A stretch of DNA of 32,000 bases from positions 600,001 through 632,000 of the forward strand of contig AP031373.1 of NCBI GenBank assembly GCA_042850255.1, in the 5' to 3' direction. This document shows, one piece after another, positions 8,016 to 15,107 of this stretch. A model generated the notes under the pieces. The model saw only the letters and a program-made list of their open reading frames with translations, made no database searches and was not told the DNA's origin. Positions within the stretch are counted from its first letter, which is position 1; every line of letters begins with the position of its first letter. This stretch comes from Nanobdellota archaeon. GTDB lineage: Archaea > Nanobdellota > Nanobdellia > Nanobdellales > Nanobdellaceae. The translations under genes were made by a program, and so were the position numbers.

Positions 8016-8578
8016 TGAAGCATTTACAATTTTTAGGAAAATATACTGAAGATATAATAAGTGGTAGAAAAAATATAACAATTAGATTAAGTAAGGCAAA
8101 TTTAAGACCTGGGGATATTTTTATTTTACATGCAGGTGGGAGAGTTATTGGAAAATTTAGGGTAAAAAATATTTATACTAAAAAATTGTATCAAATAACT
8201 GATGAAGAAGCTAAAAGAGATGGATATAATAATAAAGAAGAACTATTGGAAGATTTAAGAAAAATATACAAAAACATAAATTTAAATAAAGAAGTTGCAA
8301 TAATAGAATTTGAACCAGTAGAAATATTCAAAGATCAATTATTATCTGAAGAATTTGCTTGGGGTGGGAAAAAAATAGATATTATAGAATTAGCAAAGTT
8401 AATATTAAAATATGATGATAAAATAACTGAAAAGCATAAAGAATTATTAAATTTATTAATAGAAAAGGGGAGTATAAGAAAAGCTGCTTTGTCTTTAGGT
8501 GGTTTAAATAAAAGAAATTTATTTAGAAAGATATTAAAGAAAGGTTATGAAAGATTAAAAGAAAAAGGAATTATATAA
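8015..8578 (+). CDS. ASCH (PUA-like) domain protein with C-terminal Fis-type helix-turn-helix
   Basis: ASCH pattern IISGRKNITIRL...PGDIFIL...ITDEEAKRDGYNNKEELLEDLRKIY...IIEFEPV. The C-terminus GSIRKAALSLGGLNKRNLFRKILKKGYERL resembles Fis/NtrC-type HTH. Confidence 0.65.
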   Translation: MKHLQFLGKYTEDIISGRKNITIRLSKANLRPGDIFILHAGGRVIGKFRVKNIYTKKLYQITDEEAKRDGYNNKEELLEDLRKIYKNINLNKEVAIIEFEPVEIFKDQLLSEEFAWGGKKIDIIELAKLILKYDDKITEKHKELLNLLIEKGSIRKAALSLGGLNKRNLFRKILKKGYERLKEKGII

Positions 8579-9956
8579 AATTCTCTTGTCTTAAACTTAT
8601 TTTTAAATTTTTTATAAATTCTTCATAATTATTTTTTTCTAATAAAAATCCTCCAAAATTGTCAAATGTAGAATAATATATTAAATTATTATCGAATAAT
8701 TTTTTTATTATATTATTTATTATTTTTTTATTTTCTTCCCTATTAGTTTTTATTAGTCCTCTATATAAATTGTCATTTATTTTATATAATAATAAAAATA
8801 CTTTTCCATCAATTATTTTTTCTTTTATCAATAGATTAATTAATAATGATAAATAATAACCATTTCCATAATTTTTTTCAATATTTATTATTTTTAATCC
8901 ATTTTCGTCCTTTATTTCAACTTTTCCTTCTATTATGTCATATAATAATTTTGAAAAATTATTTCTCAAATAACTTTCAGATTCTTTTATTACATCAACA
9001 GGATATTTTTTTAAAAAATATAATATACCTTCTCTTTTATTGTTTTCTATTAATCCTTCTATATCATATAATAATTCTAATATATCTCCAATTTCTCCAT
9101 TCTTATTTATTTTATATATTTCTCCAATTATATCTTCAGTTCTTTGGAGATTTTTTCTTATTTTTATTTTAATTATATTACTAACTAATTTCTTTAAATC
9201 ATCATCACTTAAATCAGTGTATACTATATTTGCAATACCTTTATTATTTATACTCAATTCCTTTAATAAATTCATAGCTTTTTCATCACTTCCAGTTATA
9301 TCTGGTATAAAAAAATTAAATGAAGAACTTAAAGATTTATATAAAGGTTTTGTAAAAATACCTGGTAAGTTTATTCCAGAAACCTTTGATATTATATCTT
9401 CATCTTCTAATTCTTTTAGTATTTCATTATTTATATTTAAAAAATCGTATATATTCCCAACTAAAGATAAATATAATAAATCTTTTGCATGTGGGTATAT
9501 CATTTTCGCTAAATAATAAATTATATTTGATGTAGATATTTCCTTATATCCATCTATATTAAATAAATTTGGATTAATATTTACTACATTATTTAATTCT
9601 AAATCTTTAGAACTAATAAAATGATGATCAATTATATATATTTTTTTCCTTATATCCTTGTTTATTTTTATAATTTCATCAGAAAATAGAGAACCATTAT
9701 CTAAAAATATAATATTATCATATTCATATGAATTTTCTCCAATTAATAGATCTTTTACATTATTTTTCTTAATATAATCTAAATATGTTAAATGCATTTC
9801 TACATTCTTTTTATATAAATAATTTGATAATAATATTAGTGAAGATATACCGTCAGGATTTAATGAAGAAATTATTAAAAAATTTTCTTTATTTTCTATA
9901 GACTTATTTATTCTTCCAGATATATCTTCTAAATATGATAAAAACCTATTGTTCAT
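8571..9956 (-). CDS. RecJ/Cdc45-like DHH-family protein with degenerate catalytic motifs
   Basis: DHH retained (IIDHHF) and IIFLDNGS retained. Motif I is reduced to SLNPDGIS, and the DHHA1 GGGH position reads NFGGFLL. The start overlaps the uS15 stop (ATGA). Confidence 0.6.
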   Translation of the reverse strand: MNNRFLSYLEDISGRINKSIENKENFLIISSLNPDGISSLILLSNYLYKKNVEMHLTYLDYIKKNNVKDLLIGENSYEYDNIIFLDNGSLFSDEIIKINKDIRKKIYIIDHHFISSKDLELNNVVNINPNLFNIDGYKEISTSNIIYYLAKMIYPHAKDLLYLSLVGNIYDFLNINNEILKELEDEDIISKVSGINLPGIFTKPLYKSLSSSFNFFIPDITGSDEKAMNLLKELSINNKGIANIVYTDLSDDDLKKLVSNIIKIKIRKNLQRTEDIIGEIYKINKNGEIGDILELLYDIEGLIENNKREGILYFLKKYPVDVIKESESYLRNNFSKLLYDIIEGKVEIKDENGLKIINIEKNYGNGYYLSLLINLLIKEKIIDGKVFLLLYKINDNLYRGLIKTNREENKKIINNIIKKLFDNNLIYYSTFDNFGGFLLEKNNYEEFIKNLKISLRQENFI

Positions 9957-10336
9957 GCAGATCCATACATCTTTGCTAAATCTCTACTATATTCAAATGA
10001 TTCTGGTAATTTTTTAGTTCTTTTATAATATTTTATTAGAGATTTTATTCTATTTTCTAATTCTTCTAAAGCTTTTTTTGTTACAATATCTTTTTTATTT
10101 ACTTCTAAATGCTTTAACATTCTATTTACCTTTTTTAATAAATATAATAGTTCTTCTGGAATTTCTAATTTCAATCCCAACTCTTTAGCATATTTAGTTA
10201 ATTTTTTACCAGTTATATCCTTTACTTTTATATTTTTTTCTTCCTTTAATTTTTTTCCTATTAGTGAAGGTGTATACCCTCTACCCCATAAATCCTTTAT
10301 TGTAGCATTAATTTCTTCTATATTTACATTATCCAT
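9953..10336 (-). CDS. rps15: 30S ribosomal protein uS15 (S15P/S13e), N-terminally short
   Basis: IPEELLYLLKKVNRMLKHLEVNKKDIVTKKALEELENRIKSLIKYYKRTKKLPESFEY matches the archaeal uS15 core (PEDL..L.KKA..LR.HLE.N.KD..SKR.L.L.ESKIRRL.KYY.RT..LP). Confidence 0.85.
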   Translation of the reverse strand: MDNVNIEEINATIKDLWGRGYTPSLIGKKLKEEKNIKVKDITGKKLTKYAKELGLKLEIPEELLYLLKKVNRMLKHLEVNKKDIVTKKALEELENRIKSLIKYYKRTKKLPESFEYSRDLAKMYGSA

Positions 10337-10367
10337 TATTAGTTACATTATAAAAATATTAAAAAAG

Positions 10368-10874
10368 TTATCTTTCATAAATTCCTACAGTGTAACCATA
10401 TCCTATAATATCTTCTTCCCTTACACTATTAATAAAATCTTCAAATAGAACTCCATTTATATATAATTCTTTATTTATTGCCAATATTATTGTATAATAT
10501 CTATGTTTACCATGTCCTTTTGGTGGGCATGGACCATTATACCCTATTCTACCAAAATCGTTTTTTCCTTGTATTATTTCAAAATTTTCTATTTTTACAA
10601 CCCTTTCTTTTTTTATATTTTCAGGAATACTATTTACAGGTTTATTTATATATGCAATCCAATGTCTAAAAATACCAATTGGAGCATCAGGATCTTCTAC
10701 AAATAATAATAAACTTCTAGTTCCTTCTGGTAAATCCTCTATTACTATTGGAAAAGATATATCTTCTCCTTCACATGTATATTTCTTTGGAATTTTTTCC
10801 ATTTCTCTAAATGCAGTAGAATATACTGTAAATTTCTTTGCATTATCTGGAATTTTTATATCTAAAATCTCCAT
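10368..10874 (-). CDS. PEBP family protein (YbhB/YbcL-type)
   Basis: LLLFVEDPDAP...RHW, GKNDFGRIGYNGPCPPKGHGKHRYYTIILA, the canonical PEBP signature. Confidence 0.85.
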   Translation of the reverse strand: MEILDIKIPDNAKKFTVYSTAFREMEKIPKKYTCEGEDISFPIVIEDLPEGTRSLLLFVEDPDAPIGIFRHWIAYINKPVNSIPENIKKERVVKIENFEIIQGKNDFGRIGYNGPCPPKGHGKHRYYTIILAINKELYINGVLFEDFINSVREEDIIGYGYTVGIYER

Positions 10875-10919
10875 AAATTATATTTAATAAAAATTCTTAA
10901 TAATCTTTATTTAATAAAT

Positions 10920-10975
10920 ATTTATGATGAGATAAAAAATCTGAAAAATGATGAAATGTCGGTCTACTGAATTTT
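10920..10975 (+). ncRNA. C/D box sRNA (2'-O-methylation guide)
   Basis: C box ATGATGA 10924-10930, 10-nt spacer GATAAAAAAT, D' CTGA 10941-10944, 3-nt loop, C' ATGATGA 10948-10954, 12-nt spacer AATGTCGGTCTA, D CTGA 10967-10970. All four boxes match the consensus. It lies in an otherwise gene-free 134-bp intergenic gap. The exact ends are uncertain. Confidence 0.7.
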
Positions 10976-11008
10976 AAAGAATATAAAAATATTTTAAAAT
11001 TATTTATT

Positions 11009-11467
11009 ATGACAGTTTTGAGAGAATACGAATATGAAGATCATACAGCAGATATAAAAATTACTGGTTATGGAAATACCCCTAAAAGAGCTATAGAGGC
11101 TTTGGTTTTAGGTATGGTAAATATAATTTATGATAGTGAAAAGGTTGAAAAAAAAGAATCTAAGGAATATACTATAGAAGGAAAGGATATATTAGAAATA
11201 ATATATAAAGTTGCTAAAACTGTTTTGGAAGATGTATTTTATAAAAATAAACTAGCTATAAGGGATATAAGAGTCAAAAATCTGAAGAGAGTAAGAATAG
11301 AAAGTAAAAAATACAAATGGATGTGCAGATTTGAAGTTTATGGAGAAAAATATGATAAAGAAAAACATGGATTTAAAAAGGAAGTAAAAGCAGTTACTTT
11401 GCATGATATAAATATAACTAAAATAATGAAAACATATTGGACTACTGAAATTGTTGTTGATGTATAA
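11009..11467 (+). CDS. archease (RtcB tRNA-ligase cofactor family)
   Basis: N-terminal YEYEDHTADIKITGYG, about 150 aa, C-terminal KAVTLHDINI...VVDV, the typical archease layout. Confidence 0.85.
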   Translation: MTVLREYEYEDHTADIKITGYGNTPKRAIEALVLGMVNIIYDSEKVEKKESKEYTIEGKDILEIIYKVAKTVLEDVFYKNKLAIRDIRVKNLKRVRIESKKYKWMCRFEVYGEKYDKEKHGFKKEVKAVTLHDINITKIMKTYWTTEIVVDV

Positions 11468-11474
11468 ATAATTT

Positions 11475-12368
11475 ATGGATGAGAATAAAGCAAGATATAA
11501 GTATAAGATATTAAAAGATAATATTAGAAAATATCTTGATAGTGATCCAATAGCTAGAATAGTTATCGAATCTTTAAATAATATGGATAAGGAAGATATT
11601 GTTAAAATTGAACTGGTAGGTTTTAATAAATGGGTAGTAAAATATATAGATAATAAAAAAGGTTTAGAAAAAATAATATTTCAGAGTTATTGTTTGGATA
11701 TGGTCAATGAAAATATTTACGATAATTTCATTATGCAATGTACATTAGAAGGGGCTTCCTCATTATCAGAATATTATTTTGAATATATAAAACCCCCAAA
11801 AGAAGGAAAAATATTTGGTAAATTAATAGGAAATATTATTAAATATACGATTCGTAATTTTTTTGAAGTTTTATATATGGATAAACAACTAGAACCTTAT
11901 AGTCAAATTGCAGATGATATAAAGAAAATTTTGGAAAATAAAGAAATTAAAATATATTTAGATAGTATTAAAGAAGAACTATCTGTTTTATATATTAATA
12001 TATATGGAAATGAAAAATATAATTATTTGGAAATAATTAATAATATTGAAAATAAATTAAGTGATGATTTATATTATAAAGATAACAATATTAAAAACTA
12101 TATTGATAATATATCATTTATAATTTCTAGAATATTGGTCGAAAGTATAAAAGAGTCTAATTTATTATTTAAGGATCTTATAAAATCTACATGCAGTTTA
12201 GAGGAATTCATAAAATTATTAAAAGATTTATATAATAAAACAGAAATTAAAAAATATTTATTTAAGGATGAAATGAATAGTTTAATTAATATAATATATG
12301 AGATATCAAATATTAGTTATAAATTGGAAAAGATAAAAGGAACTACAGAGGACATAAAAATAAACTAA
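11475..12368 (+). CDS. hypothetical protein (helical, Lys/Glu/Asn-rich)
   Basis: 297-aa ORF starting 7 nt after the archease stop. No family recognised. Confidence 0.5.
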   Translation: MDENKARYKYKILKDNIRKYLDSDPIARIVIESLNNMDKEDIVKIELVGFNKWVVKYIDNKKGLEKIIFQSYCLDMVNENIYDNFIMQCTLEGASSLSEYYFEYIKPPKEGKIFGKLIGNIIKYTIRNFFEVLYMDKQLEPYSQIADDIKKILENKEIKIYLDSIKEELSVLYINIYGNEKYNYLEIINNIENKLSDDLYYKDNNIKNYIDNISFIISRILVESIKESNLLFKDLIKSTCSLEEFIKLLKDLYNKTEIKKYLFKDEMNSLINIIYEISNISYKLEKIKGTTEDIKIN

Positions 12369-13246
12369 GCTTCTTCTTTTTCTTTTCTCAATGTAAAGTA
12401 CTTATATATTGGAATATTTCCTATTAAATAATACAATAAATCTAGAGCAATTGCTATAGATAAGACTGTTGAAAAATCTTTTACAGAAGGGTCTGGTACT
12501 AATAGATATAGTATTATCAAAGCATATAATGCAATAATTTCCATTAACATTCCCACTCTAAAAGACATTTTTACTCTTTCAACAAATGGTTTTTCTTTTT
12601 CTTTAACCATATTTGTAGATAATACTACATTATTATCTATTGCAAATCCCAATATCATTAACATTGCAATAAAACCATTTGCCCCTATTGGATATTTTAT
12701 TGAAGATAGTATTGCTAATAAACCTAAAACATCAAATGCTATTGTTGACATAATATTTAATGTTACATTAGATACTCTAAATGCAATAAATATTATTATT
12801 CCTACTAATATCATCACAATTACTACAAATTCTGCAAACTGGTTAAATATTAAATTACCCACAATTGAGCTATATTGTTGAATAGAAATATCCGAAGGAG
12901 TTAATGAAATATGATAGTCTGCATTAAATAAATATATTAATTGAGATTCATTAATACTTTGTCCAGATTCTATATATATAATATTTGGAGTATCATATAA
13001 TATATAATCAGTAATATTCATTTGATGAAGAATTGTAGTAATTTCTTGGTTTGTAATATGATAATTATTATTTATCATAGTAACATATCCTCCTGAAATA
13101 TCTATGGATTTATTTAATATATATCCATTTTTTAAATAATTGAATAATATTGCTCCAACAAAAATAACAAATAGTATAATTGTTAATATTATAAATTTCT
13201 TATAGTTTTTTTCTATGAATGATAACACTTTTGTTAATATATCCAT
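12365..13246 (-). CDS. secF: SecD/SecF-family protein-export membrane protein (SecF-sized)
   Basis: N-terminal TM, extracytoplasmic domain of about 100 aa, then a 5-TM bundle. LMILGFAIDNNVVLSTNMVKEKEK is comparable to the SecD/F G(Y/F)S(V/I)D..I(L/V) motif. Confidence 0.6.
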   Translation of the reverse strand: MDILTKVLSFIEKNYKKFIILTIILFVIFVGAILFNYLKNGYILNKSIDISGGYVTMINNNYHITNQEITTILHQMNITDYILYDTPNIIYIESGQSINESQLIYLFNADYHISLTPSDISIQQYSSIVGNLIFNQFAEFVVIVMILVGIIIFIAFRVSNVTLNIMSTIAFDVLGLLAILSSIKYPIGANGFIAMLMILGFAIDNNVVLSTNMVKEKEKPFVERVKMSFRVGMLMEIIALYALIILYLLVPDPSVKDFSTVLSIAIALDLLYYLIGNIPIYKYFTLRKEKEEA

Positions 13247-13301
13247 TTCTACATATTTTTAAAAAAGATATATAAATTTATTATTTCATTCAATAAATTA
13301 T

Positions 13302-15107
13302 ATGAGAACTTTTAACTATTTGATTGAGATAATATTAGTTATATCATTAATACTTGTATATGTTACAACAATAAGATTTCCATCTTCTCCATCTTCTTAT
13401 ATTTCTGACTTTAATAAAAAATACTTACTATATAGTGGTCTGGGAAGTACTTATAATAATAATTTTTTATCTTATATTCAAACAAACCAATTTGATATAA
13501 TATCTTATCTATATTATTGGTTATTTTCTGGAGATCTTTCATATTATGATCTAAAGATGAGTTTTTATTATCCAATAAATTTTTATAATTTGGGAAATTA
13601 TTCTTGTTATGAATTTTTATTTCCATTTCCATATTTAGGTAGTAATCTTTATTATACTCAGCCTATAAATGGTATTAATCAGAATTTTTTCTTAATATAT
13701 AATGAGAATCAAGATCTATGTGGAAACTTTACATCTACATTAGACTGGAATATGTTAATAGTAAATTATTATACTTCAAATAATATTTCTTTATATTTAA
13801 ATGTTTCAAATTTAATAAATAATATTATAGATCCATATTCATTTTTTGCTTATAATATAAATTTATATCCAATACAAATTAGTTATTTGAATGTTTCATA
13901 TGTTTCTACAAATTTAGGAATAGTTCCCGTAGTAAATTTATCATTAAATTTACCTCCAAATTATAATTCTCCAATAATAATAATATTTAGATCAGAAAAT
14001 AAAACATATAATTTCTTGAATTTTAATAATTATCAATTAGTTAATAATTTACCTGCTCAATATGTTTCTTATTCATATTCTTCATTTGGTTGGGAAACAT
14101 TATATGTATCTCCTCGATGTTTTGATAGTAAAAATATATTAACCTTTACAAATAATGATCAATTTCTTAATTTAACAAATTCTTCATACTATCCATCTAC
14201 ATTATCTGGAAATACTTCTATAACTATTGTAGCATGGATCTATGTAAATAGCTATTATTCTTCTTCCTGTGCAGATGGAGAAAATTATGTATCTGCGCTA
14301 GCAACTATACCAGGAGTAAATAGTTATCCAGGATCTACATTTAGACAAATATTATTACCAATAAATGGACAATATTATATTGGGGTAGATGAGAGCAGTG
14401 GTGTAGGATATCTACCAAATTATCCAATACAACTAGGACAATGGATATTTGTTTTTTGGATATATAATAATTCTGATGAAAATTTCTATGGAGGATTTAT
14501 AAATCAAACAGGATTATATTATGGGCGATTACAACCTGCATCTGGATTTAATCAATTGTATCCTTTAAATTTATATTATCCACCAAATGAAACATTATAT
14601 CTAGGAACTCCTACTTCTTTATATTCACCCGTTTGTTCTTTTTTAGGTAGTATATATGTAATAGCATTTTATAATAAAGCATTAAGTATTAATCAAATAG
14701 AAAATATATATTATAGTGAAGATTTTGAGCAATACAATCCAGTATTAATTTATTATGGGTATAATTATAATCCAAATACAGGAATTTTATACGGAAATAA
14801 TCAAAATTATAATTTACAAGCATATAATAATCCTGTATTAGTAAATTCTATATTACCATATGATCAATTAATAATAGATTATTCTATACCTCCAAATTAT
14901 CAGGATCAGATACAATCTTCTAATATTAATATTTCATATTGCTATCCAGTACCAACTTATTATCCATATCCATTAATTCCTTCAATACAATATGATTTTT
15001 GGGATTATTTTGGTGTAAGCCCAGTACCAAATAATTATAAATTTGATAGCAGTATAGTATTTCCATATGGCCTAGGATTTTCTAAATTTACAATCTATGG
15101 CTCGTAG
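13302..15107 (+). CDS. large sequon-rich surface protein with LamG/ConA-like lectin domain
   Basis: N-terminal anchor LIEIILVISLILVYV. LamG-type pattern at about 14150-14720: SITIVAWIYVNS ... GQWIFVFWIYNNSDENFYGGFIN ... ETLYLGTP ... FLGSIYVIAFYNKALSINQIENIY. At least a dozen N-x-S/T sequons. Confidence 0.7.
   Translation: MRTFNYLIEIILVISLILVYVTTIRFPSSPSSYISDFNKKYLLYSGLGSTYNNNFLSYIQTNQFDIISYLYYWLFSGDLSYYDLKMSFYYPINFYNLGNYSCYEFLFPFPYLGSNLYYTQPINGINQNFFLIYNENQDLCGNFTSTLDWNMLIVNYYTSNNISLYLNVSNLINNIIDPYSFFAYNINLYPIQISYLNVSYVSTNLGIVPVVNLSLNLPPNYNSPIIIIFRSENKTYNFLNFNNYQLVNNLPAQYVSYSYSSFGWETLYVSPRCFDSKNILTFTNNDQFLNLTNSSYYPSTLSGNTSITIVAWIYVNSYYSSSCADGENYVSALATIPGVNSYPGSTFRQILLPINGQYYIGVDESSGVGYLPNYPIQLGQWIFVFWIYNNSDENFYGGFINQTGLYYGRLQPASGFNQLYPLNLYYPPNETLYLGTPTSLYSPVCSFLGSIYVIAFYNKALSINQIENIYYSEDFEQYNPVLIYYGYNYNPNTGILYGNNQNYNLQAYNNPVLVNSILPYDQLIIDYSIPPNYQDQIQSSNINISYCYPVPTYYPYPLIPSIQYDFWDYFGVSPVPNNYKFDSSIVFPYGLGFSKFTIYGS

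Noticed and set aside
8412-8430. ATGATGA followed by CTGA inside the ASCH gene, a possible second C/D sRNA. Also ATGATGA at 6254-6260 and 9621-9627.
   Set aside because: At 8412 the spacer is only 8 nt, there is no second box pair, and the sequence is coding (KYDDKITEK). The other two are simply the antisense of the Asp-His-His codons of the two DHH genes.
8846-9516. Long plus-strand ORFs (8846..9172, 9040..9516), and similar track ORFs at 41..343, 6366..6581, 10478..10706, 13411..13632, 15412..15594, 18606..18791, 21215..21472, 22720..22923, 24056..24541, 27115..27324 and 31661..31867.
   Set aside because: All lie antisense to, or inside, genes with clear family signatures. Their translations are low-complexity Phe/Leu/Ile/Tyr strings, as expected for shadow frames in AT-rich DNA, where stop codons are depleted opposite Lys/Asn/Glu-rich codons.
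10955-10966. The D guide AAUGUCGGUCUA resembles the sense strand of the conserved 23S rRNA segment GAUGUCGGCUC, suggesting an rRNA-derived fragment.
   Set aside because: A guide must be complementary to its target, not identical to it. The match is partial and recalled from memory, so it is treated as coincidence until the organism's rRNA can be searched.
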